The notes under the pieces are model-generated. The model worked only from the letters and a program-made list of their open reading frames with translations, had not been told where the DNA came from and did no database searches. From NCBI GenBank assembly GCA_947085095.1, contig CAMTVD010000014.1, forward strand, positions 160,001-224,000: a stretch of DNA of 64,000 nt, read 5' to 3'. Each line of letters starts with the position of its first letter. Within the stretch, counting starts at the first letter, position 1. This DNA is from an uncultured Thermus sp. GTDB taxonomy: Bacteria > Deinococcota > Deinococci > Deinococcales > Thermaceae. The position numbers were made by a program, and so were the translations under genes. This document shows positions 17,996-27,794 of the stretch, one piece after another.

Positions 17996-18640
17996 TCAGG
18001 ATACCGCCTTCAGGGCCGCCACCACCTCCTCCGGGGTGTCCAGGGGGGTGAGGAGGGCCAGGTCCTGGGGGTCTATGGCCCCCTGGTCCTTGAGGAAGGC
18101 CATCCAGGAGAGAAGCCCTTCCCAGTAGCCCCGGTCCAGGGCGAAGACGGGGAAGGGGTGGACCTTCTCCGTCTGGATGAGGACCAGCACCTCGGAAAGC
18201 TCGTCCAGGGTGCCGAACCCCCCGGGGAGAAAGACGAAGCCCACGGCGTAGCGCACGAAGAGGACCTTGCGCACGAAGAAGTAGCGCAAGGAGAGGGCGT
18301 GGGTCTGGTAGGGGTTGGGCCTTTGCTCATGGGGAAGCTCTATGTTAAGCCCCACGCTCACCCCTCCCGCCTCAAAGGCCCCCCGGTTCACCGCCTCCAT
18401 GACCCCGGGCCCCCCTCCGGTCACCACCCCGAAGCCCGCCTCCGCCAGGACCTTCCCCAGGCGGTAGCCCAGGGCGTAGGCGGGGTGGCCCTCGGCAAAG
18501 CGGGCGGAGCCGAAGACGGAGACCAGGGGGACCTCTATCTCCGAGAGGGTCTCAAAGCCCTCCACGAACTCCGCCAGGATGCGGAAAAGCCGCCAGCTGT
18601 CCTCGTGGTGGAGCTGGTCTATAAGGGGCTTCCTGGGCAT
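17996..18640 (-). CDS. LOG family nucleotide phosphoribohydrolase (TIGR00730-like)
   Basis: VFGSAR, TGGGPGVMEA, PGGFGTLDE. Confidence 0.9.
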   Translation of the reverse strand: MPRKPLIDQLHHEDSWRLFRILAEFVEGFETLSEIEVPLVSVFGSARFAEGHPAYALGYRLGKVLAEAGFGVVTGGGPGVMEAVNRGAFEAGGVSVGLNIELPHEQRPNPYQTHALSLRYFFVRKVLFVRYAVGFVFLPGGFGTLDELSEVLVLIQTEKVHPFPVFALDRGYWEGLLSWMAFLKDQGAIDPQDLALLTPLDTPEEVVAALKAVS

Positions 18641-18693
18641 GGCCCTAGCTTAACCCGGGAGGGGGGTTGGCCCCGCGCCGGAGCGAGGTGGCC

Positions 18694-19467
18694 TTAGAGC
18701 TCCTCCAAGCTTACCCGCCTCAGGGCCTCCACCCGTACCCCCAGGCGCTCCGCCAGGGCCCTATAGCTCTCCGGGTCCCCGGTGACGTAGTGGACCACCT
18801 GGCCCCTTCTTTCCGGGTTCAAAAGCCCCTCGGCCTTCAGGGCCTCGGCCACCCTCCTGGCCGTGGCCTCGGCGGAGTCTATGAGGGCCACCTGGGGTAG
18901 GACTTCCTGGATGGTCTTCTTCAGGTAGGGGTAGTGGGTGCAGCCCAGGATCAGGGCCTCGAGGTCCTCCGGGGCCTCCTCCAGGTAGTGCCGGGCGATG
19001 AGGAGGGCCACGGGGTCGTCCCAGAGCCCCTCCTCCACCAGGGGCACGAAGAGGGGGCAGGCCTTGGCCCAGGAGAGGGTCACATACCGCTCGTAAGCGC
19101 GGCTATTCACCGTGGCCTCTGTGCCGATGAGGCCCACCTTGCGGTGCCCCCTCGCCACCTCCGCCGCAGGCTCCAAGACTCCAAAGACCGGCACGGATAG
19201 GTCTTCGGCCAGGTCCGGCAGGGCGGCGGAGCTCGCCGTGTTGCAGGCCACCACGATGGCCTTCACCCCTTCCCGAAGGAGAAAGCCCGCGATCTCCCAG
19301 GCGAAGCGCCGCACCATGGCCAGGGGTTTGCCTCCGTAGGGCACACGGGCGGTATCCCCGAAGTAGAGGAAATCCTCCTGAGGAAGGGCCTTCTTCAGGG
19401 CGGTGAGCACCGTGAGCCCGCCCACGCCCGAGTCAAAGACGCCGATGGGGGCCTTGGGGTTCCTCAC
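18694..19467 (-). CDS. murI: Glutamate racemase
   Basis: [32 protein letters not shown] start inferred. Confidence 0.95.
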   Translation of the reverse strand: MRNPKAPIGVFDSGVGGLTVLTALKKALPQEDFLYFGDTARVPYGGKPLAMVRRFAWEIAGFLLREGVKAIVVACNTASSAALPDLAEDLSVPVFGVLEPAAEVARGHRKVGLIGTEATVNSRAYERYVTLSWAKACPLFVPLVEEGLWDDPVALLIARHYLEEAPEDLEALILGCTHYPYLKKTIQEVLPQVALIDSAEATARRVAEALKAEGLLNPERRGQVVHYVTGDPESYRALAERLGVRVEALRRVSLEEL

Positions 19468-19500
19468 GGGGGCCAAGCATACTGGACGGCGAAGGGGGGG

Positions 19501-19509
19501 TGGTATACT
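19501..19509 (+). promoter_or_regulatory. Extended -10 element upstream of metK
   Basis: TGGTATACT about 40 nt before the start codon; AAGGAGG RBS at 19542-19548. Confidence 0.6.
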
Positions 19510-19547
19510 ATCGGGGTTGCCCCGAGGGGGGCAGGCCATCCAAGGAG

Positions 19548-20735
19548 GTGCGCAAGTTGCGGCTGGTCACGTCTGAATCGGTCACGGAAGGGCACCCCGA
19601 CAAGCTGGCGGACCGGATCTCCGACGCCATCCTGGATGCCCTCATCGCCCAGGACAAGAAGGCCCGGGTAGCGGCGGAGACCCTGGTCACCACCGGGCTG
19701 GTGTTCGTGGCGGGGGAGATCACCACCGAGGGGTACGTGGACATTCCCGGCCTGGTGCGCAAGACGGTGCGGGAGGTGGGCTATACCCGGGCCAAGTACG
19801 GCTTTGACGGGGACACCTGCGCCGTCCTCACCGCCATAGACGAGCAGTCCCCGGACATCGCCGGCGGGGTCAACCTGGCCTACGAGTGGCGGGTCCTCAA
19901 GTCCACCGACCCCCTGGACCGCGTGGGGGCCGGGGACCAGGGCCTCATGTTCGGTTACGCCACCGACGAGACCCCGGAGCTCATGCCCCTGCCCATCACC
20001 CTGGCCCACCGCCTCACCATGCGCCTGGCCGAGGTGCGCAAGACGGGCCTCCTGCCCTACCTGCGCCCCGATGGCAAGGCCCAGGTCACCGTGGTCTACG
20101 AGGGGGACAAGCCCCTTTACGTCAAGACCGTGGTGGTTTCCGCCCAGCACTCCCCGGAGGTGGAGCAGGAACAGCTTCGGGAGGACCTGATCCGCGAGGT
20201 GGTGCGCCAGGCCATCCCGCCCGAGTACCTGAAGGAGGGGGAGACGGAGTACCTCATCAACCCCTCGGGCCGCTTCATCCTGGGCGGCCCCCACGCGGAC
20301 ACCGGCCTCACCGGGCGCAAGATCATCGTGGATACCTACGGGGGGGCGGTGCCCCACGGGGGCGGGGCCTTCAGCGGCAAGGACCCCACCAAGGTGGACC
20401 GCTCCGCCAGCTACTACGCCCGCTACATGGCCAAGAACCTGGTGGCGGCGGGGCTCGCGAGGAGGGCCATGGTGGAGCTGGCCTACGCCATCGGCAAGGC
20501 GCGGCCCGTCTCCTTGCGGGTGGAGACCTTCGGCACCGGGGTCCTGCCCGACGAGAAGCTCACCGCCATCGTCGCCCAGGTCTTTGACCCCAGGCCTTTG
20601 GCCATCATTGAGGAGCTGGACCTCCTCAGGCCCATCTACACCCCCACCTCCGCCTACGGCCACTTCGGCCGCATGGGCTTCCCCTGGGAGGAGACGGACC
20701 GGGTGGAGGCCCTGAGGCGGGAGGCGGGGCTTTGA
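19548..20735 (+). CDS. metK: S-adenosylmethionine synthetase (start GTG 19548 or TTG 19557)
   Basis: [34 protein letters not shown]. Confidence 0.97.
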   Translation: MRKLRLVTSESVTEGHPDKLADRISDAILDALIAQDKKARVAAETLVTTGLVFVAGEITTEGYVDIPGLVRKTVREVGYTRAKYGFDGDTCAVLTAIDEQSPDIAGGVNLAYEWRVLKSTDPLDRVGAGDQGLMFGYATDETPELMPLPITLAHRLTMRLAEVRKTGLLPYLRPDGKAQVTVVYEGDKPLYVKTVVVSAQHSPEVEQEQLREDLIREVVRQAIPPEYLKEGETEYLINPSGRFILGGPHADTGLTGRKIIVDTYGGAVPHGGGAFSGKDPTKVDRSASYYARYMAKNLVAAGLARRAMVELAYAIGKARPVSLRVETFGTGVLPDEKLTAIVAQVFDPRPLAIIEELDLLRPIYTPTSAYGHFGRMGFPWEETDRVEALRREAGL

Positions 20736-20776
20736 ATACCCCACCTCGCGTGCCCTAAGTGCGCTTGTAGGTCGCC

Positions 20777-20804
20777 GCCCCATCTCGGAGGGTTGGGATG
20801 GGGC
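20777..20804. terminator. Hairpin between convergent metK and GGDEF genes
   Basis: GCCCCATCTC-N8-GGGATGGGGC stem. Confidence 0.55.
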
Positions 20805-20814
20805 CCGGCCTCTT

Positions 20815-21888
20815 TTAGGCCATCTCCACCCGGTTTTTCCCCCGGCGCTTGGCCTTATACAGGGCTTCATCCGCCCGGCGGAGAAAGGAGAGGGGGGAGT
20901 CGGTGGGGTTGGCTTGGGCTACCCCGAAGCTGGCGGAAAGCCTCTCCACGGGGGGCACTTTCAGGGCGGCCACCGCCTGGCGCAGGCGCTCGGCCAGGCG
21001 CAGGGCCTGGGGTAGCCCCGTCTCGGGGAGAAGGACGGCGAACTCCTCCCCCCCCAGGCGCACAGCGCGGTCGCTTTGGCGGAGGTGCTGCTCTAGGCAC
21101 TGGGCCAGGGTCTTGAGGACCCGGTCCCCCACCTCGTGGCCGTGGGTGTCGTTCACCGCCTTGAAGCCGTCCAGGTCCAGGAGGATGAGGGAGAGGGGGC
21201 GGCCGTAGCGCTTTACTCGGAAAATCTCTCTTTCAACTACCACCTCTAGATAGCGCCGGTTTCTTAGCCCGGTGAGGAAGTCGGTGTAGGCGTCCAGCTG
21301 GGCCTCGAGGTACCCCTCCTTGAGGCGCACCAGCAGGTAAAGGAGGCTCACATAGGCGATGTTGGCCCCCAGGAACTGGGCCAGGGCGTTGAGGTGCGCC
21401 GGGGTGTAGTGGCCGCGGAAGGCTCCCAAAAGGGCCAGGAGGAAAAGGGTGAGGAGGTAGAGGAGGGCCAGGCGGAAGGCCCTCTTTGTGGGGAAGAAGA
21501 GGTAGCCGGAGAAGTAGAAGAAGGGCACCCAGAAGGCGGCGGGGGAAAGGCCCTGGGGATTGGGTTTCAGAAGGAGCTGGTAGCCCAGGGTGCTGAGGAG
21601 GTAAAGGGCGACGAGGGAGTGGGCGGTGGGGAGGATCCACCTGGCCGAGCGGGGGAAGCGCCAGAGGGCCGCAGCCAGGATCCAGAACCCCCCGGCCAAC
21701 AGGGGAAGGAAAGCGCGGTCCACGGGGTCTAGGTTCACGGCCTGGGAAGCCCAGAGGGCCACCAGGGCCAGAAGCCCCCCCATGGGCAGAAGCCAGAGGG
21801 CTATCCGCCGCCGCACCGGGTTCAGGGGGTCTAGGAGTTCCAGGGTAGGGTGCAAGCGATTCTCAGTATAGGATATTCCCCGGGCCAT
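20815..21888 (-). CDS. Membrane-bound diguanylate cyclase (alternative TTG start at 21855)
   Basis: About 6 TM segments, then DFLTGLRNRR, DLDGFKAVND, RLGGEEF; I-site RQSD. Confidence 0.92.
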   Translation of the reverse strand: MARGISYTENRLHPTLELLDPLNPVRRRIALWLLPMGGLLALVALWASQAVNLDPVDRAFLPLLAGGFWILAAALWRFPRSARWILPTAHSLVALYLLSTLGYQLLLKPNPQGLSPAAFWVPFFYFSGYLFFPTKRAFRLALLYLLTLFLLALLGAFRGHYTPAHLNALAQFLGANIAYVSLLYLLVRLKEGYLEAQLDAYTDFLTGLRNRRYLEVVVEREIFRVKRYGRPLSLILLDLDGFKAVNDTHGHEVGDRVLKTLAQCLEQHLRQSDRAVRLGGEEFAVLLPETGLPQALRLAERLRQAVAALKVPPVERLSASFGVAQANPTDSPLSFLRRADEALYKAKRRGKNRVEMA

Positions 21889-21932
21889 ACCCTTATCCTG
21901 GCCCGGCCCCCTTAACGGAGCCTTAACGCCCT

Positions 21933-23825
21933 TTAGTCCTCCAGGTAGGTGTACCCCTGGAGCTCCCTGGCGTAGCGTTCCAGAAAGGCCCCTTTCTCTG
22001 CGGGGGAGAGGCGGCTTTGCCGCACCAGGCGCTCCACTCCCAGCATCAGCTCCCGGGCGGTGAAGCCCATCTTCTCTATGACCTTCTCCGCCGTCTCCCC
22101 GGGCGCAAAGCGCTCAATGGCGAAACCCTCCTCGTCCACCTCCACATGGGCCTCCCCCACCTGGCCAAAGAGGTTGTGGTTGGAGCCCAAAACGTCCTGG
22201 TAGGCCCCCACCAGGAAAACCCCCAGGTAGTAGGGTTCCCCGGGGCGCACGGGGTGGACGGGAAGGGTGGCGCGCACGTCGTGCAGGTCAATAAAGCGGT
22301 CTATCTTGCCGTCGGAATCGCAGGAGATGTCCACCAGGGTGGCCCGGCGGGTAGGGGGTTCCTGCAGGCGGCTTAAGGGGACGATGGGGAAGAGCTGGTG
22401 GATGGCCCAGGCATCGGGAAGGCTTTGGAAGATGGAGAAGTTGCACACCAGCTTGTCGGCCAGAAGCTTCTCCAGGTCCTCAAACTCGTCCGGGGCGTAG
22501 GGGAGGCCCTGGATGATGGTGTAGACCCTGCGGGCGATGTGGTAGAAGATCTCCTCCGCCAGGGCCCGGTCCTTCAAGGAGACCAGGCCCAGGTCGTAGA
22601 GGGTCTGGAGGGTTTCCTTGTCGGAAAAGGCATCGTGGTAGACCTCGCGGAAGTTTTTGGCCGAGAGGCTTTCCAGGCTCTCCCAGAGCTCCTTCACCAG
22701 GGGGTGGGCTTCCTCCCCCGGGGCCTTGGGCCTTTCCTCCCCTGGGGGGGTGATCACGTCAATCACCTGGAGGATGAGCACCTCGTGGTAGGCGGTGACC
22801 GCCCGCCCCGACTCCGTCACCAGGATGGGGTGGGGTTCGCCCTGGGCCTCCACCACCTCCTTGGTCACGTAAACCAGGTCCTCGGCGTACTCGGAGAGGG
22901 TGTAGTTGGCGGAGGCGTAGAAGTTGGTCTTGGAGCCGTCGTAGTCCACGGCCAGCCCTCCGCCCAGGTTCAGGTAGCGGAGGGGAGCCGAAAGCTTCCT
23001 CAGCTGCACGTAGGTCTGGGCCGCTTCCCGCACCGCGGCCTTGATCCGCCGGATGTCCGTGACCTGGCTGCCGATGTGGGCGTGGACCATGACCAGGGTG
23101 TCCAGGAGGTCCGCTTCCTTGAGGATCTCCACCGCCCGGACGATCTCCGGGGTGGTGAGGCCGAACTTGGCGTTCTCCCCCCCCGAGGCCTCCCACTGCC
23201 CCGCCCCCTTGGCCTTGAGCTTGTAGCGGATGCCCAGGCTGGGCCGCACCCCGAGCTCTTGGGAGAGGCGGATGACCCGGGGGAGCTCGGCGAACTTCTC
23301 CAGGGTGATGACCACGTTGCGGCCCAGCTTCTTGCCCATGAGGGCCAGGCGGATGAAGTCGTCGTCCTTGAAGCCGTTGATGGTGATGAGGGCCTCTTTG
23401 GAGAGGTCCTGGGCCAGGATCAGGGCCAGCTCCGCCTTGCTCCCCGCCTCGAGGCCGTAGTGGTACGGCCTTCCCGCCCTGGCCACGGTTTCTAGGACCA
23501 GGCGGCGCTGGTTCACCTTGACCGGGTAGACGCCGCGGTAGCCCCCCCGGTAGCCGTACTTCTCCATGGCCTTGAGGAAGGCCTCGTTCAGCTCTTTCAC
23601 CCGGGCCTCGAGGATCTGGGGAAAACGGAGGACCAGGGGCAAGGGCCGCCCCTCGTCCCTGAGGGCCTCCACGATCTCCAAAAGGGAGGCGGAAGGCCCC
23701 TTGGGGCCCAAGGGGGTTACCTCCAGCTCCCCGTCCTCGCCCACGCGGAAAAACCCCATGCCCCAGTAGGGCACCAGGTAGATCTCCTCGGCTTCTTTGG
23801 GGGGAAAGCGCTTGGCCGTCTTCAA
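21933..23825 (-). CDS. speA: Biosynthetic arginine decarboxylase
   Basis: YPVKVNQ, EAGSK, HIGSQ, GGGLAVDYDG, CDSDG, GAYQD. Confidence 0.95.
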   Translation of the reverse strand: MKTAKRFPPKEAEEIYLVPYWGMGFFRVGEDGELEVTPLGPKGPSASLLEIVEALRDEGRPLPLVLRFPQILEARVKELNEAFLKAMEKYGYRGGYRGVYPVKVNQRRLVLETVARAGRPYHYGLEAGSKAELALILAQDLSKEALITINGFKDDDFIRLALMGKKLGRNVVITLEKFAELPRVIRLSQELGVRPSLGIRYKLKAKGAGQWEASGGENAKFGLTTPEIVRAVEILKEADLLDTLVMVHAHIGSQVTDIRRIKAAVREAAQTYVQLRKLSAPLRYLNLGGGLAVDYDGSKTNFYASANYTLSEYAEDLVYVTKEVVEAQGEPHPILVTESGRAVTAYHEVLILQVIDVITPPGEERPKAPGEEAHPLVKELWESLESLSAKNFREVYHDAFSDKETLQTLYDLGLVSLKDRALAEEIFYHIARRVYTIIQGLPYAPDEFEDLEKLLADKLVCNFSIFQSLPDAWAIHQLFPIVPLSRLQEPPTRRATLVDISCDSDGKIDRFIDLHDVRATLPVHPVRPGEPYYLGVFLVGAYQDVLGSNHNLFGQVGEAHVEVDEEGFAIERFAPGETAEKVIEKMGFTARELMLGVERLVRQSRLSPAEKGAFLERYARELQGYTYLED

Positions 23826-23841
23826 TCCGGTTCAACCTCCG

Positions 23842-24399
23842 CTATGAGTGTAGGGCCTGGGCCAGGGCTTGGGAAGAGGAGAAGTAGGCGAAGCCCTCTC
23901 CCTCCTTTAGGCTTGGGGGGTCCAGGAGGTAGAGGAGGGGGCCTTCCTCGTTCACCAGGGCGTAACCCCTTTCCCGCAGAAAGGGCCTTAGGGCCTCGGG
24001 GGCCTGGAAGAAAAGGGGTACCGGGCCCACCTCCCCCATGACCTCCTCCAGGAGGCCCAGCCACGGGACGAAGCCCGCTTCCTCCACGCTCTCGGGCACC
24101 AGGAGGCGCACCGCTCCCCGCTTTTCGCCGAAAAGCCGGAAACGCCTCAGGAGGCGCCTCAGGGTTCGCCTTTCCTCCCCCGTGGGCCTGTAGGTGAGGT
24201 GCTTGTGGCCCATGACGCTGAAGCGAAACCCTTCCGGGGCCAGGGCCCGTAGGCGGCTCAGGGTTCCGGGATCGGGCACCCGGTGCCACCAAGGAAGCTC
24301 CACCGTGGCGAACCTTTCCCGGTAGGCCTTGAACCCCCCGGGAAAGCCCCGATAGCCCTGGAGCCCCACTTTGATCTTGCCGGGTGGTTTCAGAGCCAT
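23842..24399 (-). CDS. DUF72-like protein (short/degenerate)
   Basis: YRERFATVEL, PEGFRFSV..HKHLTY resemble DUF72 motifs. Confidence 0.6.
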   Translation of the reverse strand: MALKPPGKIKVGLQGYRGFPGGFKAYRERFATVELPWWHRVPDPGTLSRLRALAPEGFRFSVMGHKHLTYRPTGEERRTLRRLLRRFRLFGEKRGAVRLLVPESVEEAGFVPWLGLLEEVMGEVGPVPLFFQAPEALRPFLRERGYALVNEEGPLLYLLDPPSLKEGEGFAYFSSSQALAQALHS

Positions 24400-25085
24400 G
24401 CCTCCAGGAAAGCCCGCCCTACCCGGGCCATCAGGGGGGTGATGGTGTGCCCCGCTCCCTCCTCCACGAAGCGGGCCAAACGCCCTTCGGGGTAATGGGG
24501 CCTCAGGGCTTCCACCGTCCTTTCCATCCTTTCCAGGGGTACGATCAGGTCCTTGGTGCCGTGGAGGTGGAGAAGGGGCACGCCCCCGTAGGCCTCCCCC
24601 TTGAGGGCCGGGGGAGTCTGGTAGAGGGCGGCCACCCTTGGGTCCTCTAGCCTTTGTCCCTGGGGGAGCTTCATGGGGAAGCCGCTCCCGATGAAGGCCA
24701 GGGCCGCCTGGGGGCGGAAGCCCTGGGAGAGGAGGAGGTGGACCACGAAGGCCCCCAGGCTCCCCCCCGCCAGGAAAAGGGGAAGGGGGTAGCGGCTTTG
24801 GGCCTCCTCCGCCACTCCTTTCGCCTCCTCGGCGAAGGCCAGGGCCACCTGGTAGACCTCCTCCACGTAGTGCTCGCTCTTGGCGGAGGGGGGCCTGCCC
24901 CGCTCCCCGTGCCTTGGGGCATCGGGGGCCAGGAGGAGGAAGCCCGCCTCCTTGTAGCCTGGAAGCAGGGAGAGGATGAGCTCCTTGGAGCCCTGGAGGC
25001 CGTGGAGGGCGAGGAGGAGAGCCTTGGGGCTCTCGGGAATCCGGGCGAGGACGGGAAGGCCGGCGAGGACGAGGCGCTCTTCCAT
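24390..25085 (-). CDS. Alpha/beta hydrolase (esterase)
   Basis: HG, GGSLG nucleophile elbow, HGTKDLIVP, GAGH. Confidence 0.88.
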   Translation of the reverse strand: MEERLVLAGLPVLARIPESPKALLLALHGLQGSKELILSLLPGYKEAGFLLLAPDAPRHGERGRPPSAKSEHYVEEVYQVALAFAEEAKGVAEEAQSRYPLPLFLAGGSLGAFVVHLLLSQGFRPQAALAFIGSGFPMKLPQGQRLEDPRVAALYQTPPALKGEAYGGVPLLHLHGTKDLIVPLERMERTVEALRPHYPEGRLARFVEEGAGHTITPLMARVGRAFLEAWL

Positions 25086-25087
25086 GG

Positions 25088-26020
25088 TCAGGTGAAAAGG
25101 CTGGAGACCGACTCTCCCCGGTGGATGCGCCAGATGGCCTCGGCGAAGAGGGGGGCCACGGCGAGGGTCTTCAGCTTGGGACCTTCTTTCGGGGGGCAGG
25201 TGTCGGTGGCGGCCACCTCCTTCACCGGGCTCTTGGCGATGCGCTCCAGGGCCGGGCCCACGTAGACCCCGTGGGTGGCGGCGGCGTAGACCTCCTGGGC
25301 TCCGGCCTGCATCAGGGCCTCCACCGCCTCCACCAGGCTTCCCGCGGTGGAGATCTCGTCGTCCACGATCAGGGCCGTCTTCCCCTTGACCTCCCCCACC
25401 AGCATCCGCACCCGCACCTCGGTGTCGGAGACCCGCTCCTTGTCTATGAAGGCCAGGGGCAGGCCAAGCCTTCTCGCCAGGGAGCTGGCCCTTTTCAGGT
25501 CCCCGGCGTCCGGGGCCACCACCACGGCGTTTTCCAGGTCCACCCGGGTGGCGAAGTGGTTGGCGATGACGGGTTCGGCGGAGAGGTGGTCCACGGGGAT
25601 CTTGAAGAAGCCGTGGACCTGGGGGGAGTGGAGGGTCATGGTGAGGACCCGGTCGGCCCCGGCGGTCTGCAGGAGGTCGGCGATGAGCCGGGCGGCGATG
25701 GAGATGCGGGGGGCATCCTTCTTGTCGCTGCGGGCGTAGGAGAAGTAGGGGATGACCGCGGTGACCCGGGCGGCGCTGGCCCCCTTGGCGGCATCCACCA
25801 TCATGAGGAGCTCCATGAGGTGGTCCTGCACCGGGGGGGTGAAGGACTGGACGATGAAGACGTCCCCTTCCCTGAGGCTCTCCTCGTAACGCACGAAGAG
25901 GTTATCGTTGGCGAAGCGCTGGGTGGAGCTCCTGCCCAAGGGAATGCCCAGGGCCTCGGCGATGGCCTGGGCCAGGGGCCGGTTGGACTGACCGGAAAAG
26001 ATCAGCAAGGGGCGGTCCAT
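25088..26020 (-). CDS. prs: Ribose-phosphate pyrophosphokinase
   Basis: [35 protein letters not shown]. Confidence 0.95.
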   Translation of the reverse strand: MDRPLLIFSGQSNRPLAQAIAEALGIPLGRSSTQRFANDNLFVRYEESLREGDVFIVQSFTPPVQDHLMELLMMVDAAKGASAARVTAVIPYFSYARSDKKDAPRISIAARLIADLLQTAGADRVLTMTLHSPQVHGFFKIPVDHLSAEPVIANHFATRVDLENAVVVAPDAGDLKRASSLARRLGLPLAFIDKERVSDTEVRVRMLVGEVKGKTALIVDDEISTAGSLVEAVEALMQAGAQEVYAAATHGVYVGPALERIAKSPVKEVAATDTCPPKEGPKLKTLAVAPLFAEAIWRIHRGESVSSLFT

Positions 26021-26075
26021 GCCGTCCCCCAAGATACCATGCCCCCGAATCGGGGTCCCCGCCGCGGTGGGGTGG

Positions 26076-27206
26076 TTAGAGGGGGGTGATGGCCTCCTGG
26101 AGGGGAGTGGTCACCTCTGGTCCCTGAGGGTGAAGGTAGACATCCACCTCCGTGCGCACGCCGAAGCCATCCAGGTATACCCCCGGCTCCACGGTGAAGG
26201 CTAAGCCCGGGACCAGGGGGCGGAAATCCCGGGTTTCCAGGTCGTCCAGGTGGGGGCCGGAGCCGTGGACCTCCTCCCCCAGGTTATGTCCCGTGCGGTG
26301 GCGGATATAAGCCCCATACCCCATCTCCTCCAGAATCCCCCGGGCCACCCGGTCCACCTCGTACCCCCTGGGGTGGCGCCCTTCCCGGTAGGCCTTTTCC
26401 ACGAAGGCGATGGCCTCGTCCCGGGCCCTTTTGACCGCCTGGAAGGCCCGGTGGGCGGCCTCGCCCACCCCGAGCCCCGCCATCCAGGTGAGGTCGGCGT
26501 ATACCCCATCCGGCTCCTTGGCCCACAGGTCCAGCAGGACCACCTCCCCCGCCTCGAGGCCCTTCTCCCCCGGGGTGTGGTGGGGGTGGGCGCTGTTCTT
26601 CCCAAAGGCCACCATGGGGGGGTGGTCAAAGACCAGGCCCAGCCGCCCCAGGACCTCGGCCATCCGCGCCTGGACTTCCCTTTCCGTGGCCTTGGGGTTT
26701 TCCCGGAGGAAGGCCAGGCCCGCGTCTTTGGCCTGGACCAGGCCGGAGGCCGCCCGTCTGTGGGCCTTTAGCTTCTCCTCGTCCCAGGTCTGGAAGAGGA
26801 GGAGGAGGGGCCAGGAGGAGGCGGGCTCGAGGCCCATCCCCCTGAGGAGGTCCAGGGTGCCCCCGTCCACCCGGGAGAGGTAGGGGATCCGCCCCCCGGG
26901 CACGTACTCCAAGGCGATGCGTCCATGGCCCTCGAGGACCTGGGCAAGCCCCTCCAGGAAGCCCTGCCAGGTGTGGTAGGCACGCCGCTTCCCGGGAAGG
27001 GAGGGGAGGAGGCTCGCTTCTATGGCGTGGCAGAGGAGGGTGGGCTCCCCCTCCTGGGGGAGGAAGTAGGCCAGGCGGCGGGTGAGGTGAAGGTGGGCCA
27101 GGCCCAAAACCTGAAGGGCCACGGGGTTGCTCCGCCCAAAGGAGTAGAGGAGCCAGCCATCAAACCCCTCTTCCCTTAGCACCGCCTGCACGCGGGACAC
27201 GTCCAT
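26076..27206 (-). CDS. M24 Xaa-Pro peptidase family
   Basis: [28 protein letters not shown]. Confidence 0.9.
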   Translation of the reverse strand: MDVSRVQAVLREEGFDGWLLYSFGRSNPVALQVLGLAHLHLTRRLAYFLPQEGEPTLLCHAIEASLLPSLPGKRRAYHTWQGFLEGLAQVLEGHGRIALEYVPGGRIPYLSRVDGGTLDLLRGMGLEPASSWPLLLLFQTWDEEKLKAHRRAASGLVQAKDAGLAFLRENPKATEREVQARMAEVLGRLGLVFDHPPMVAFGKNSAHPHHTPGEKGLEAGEVVLLDLWAKEPDGVYADLTWMAGLGVGEAAHRAFQAVKRARDEAIAFVEKAYREGRHPRGYEVDRVARGILEEMGYGAYIRHRTGHNLGEEVHGSGPHLDDLETRDFRPLVPGLAFTVEPGVYLDGFGVRTEVDVYLHPQGPEVTTPLQEAITPL

Positions 27207-27287
27207 GCCCCCATCCTAATCCCTTGGAACCTGCCTCACCTTTCCTCACCCCCGCCGTGCTAGCCTTACGGATAGGGAGGTTGAGGC

Positions 27288-27668
27288 ATGGTAGAAGCCC
27301 AGGAAGCGGTCATCCGCATCACCCCCCTGGCGGCGGAAAAGGCCAAGGAGATCCTGGCCCGCTACGGCAAGGAGCACGCGGCCATCCGCCTCTACATCAA
27401 GTCTGGGGGCTGCTCGGGTTTCCAGTACGGCATGGCCGTGGACGAGCGGGAGCTGGAGGGGGACACCCAGGTGGTGATGCACGGGGTGCGCCTGGTGGTG
27501 GACCAGAGGTCCCTCCCCTACCTGGAGGGCTCGGAGATAGACTGGGTGGAAAGCCTCATGGGGGGTGGCTTCACCGTCCATAACCCCAACGCCGCCAGCA
27601 CCTGCGGCTGCGGCCACTCCTTTCGCACCAAGGACCAGGAGGGGGAGGCCCGCACCTGCGGCCACTAG
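27288..27668 (+). CDS. A-type Fe-S carrier (HesB/IscA/SufA family)
   Basis: [22 protein letters not shown]. Confidence 0.93.
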   Translation: MVEAQEAVIRITPLAAEKAKEILARYGKEHAAIRLYIKSGGCSGFQYGMAVDERELEGDTQVVMHGVRLVVDQRSLPYLEGSEIDWVESLMGGGFTVHNPNAASTCGCGHSFRTKDQEGEARTCGH

Positions 27669-27720
27669 GCCTTGGGGAACCCTGGGGACCTGGCTTCAGG
27701 TTCCTTTAACCTTTTCCCCA

Positions 27721-27748
27721 TTGACCCTCAGCGCAGCTGGCGTATAAT
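27721..27748 (+). promoter_or_regulatory. Sigma-A promoter of peptide ABC operon
   Basis: TTGACC-N16-TATAAT; AAGGAGG RBS downstream. Confidence 0.75.
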
Positions 27749-27794
27749 ACCCTTGGCCACTTAAGGGAGTGCCGCAAACAGGAAAGGAGGCCGC

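Noticed and set aside
20736..20804. REP-like dispersed repeat (GGGATGGGGC shared with 6301-6310)
   Set aside because: Only about 10 G-rich bases are shared, compatible with chance at this GC content
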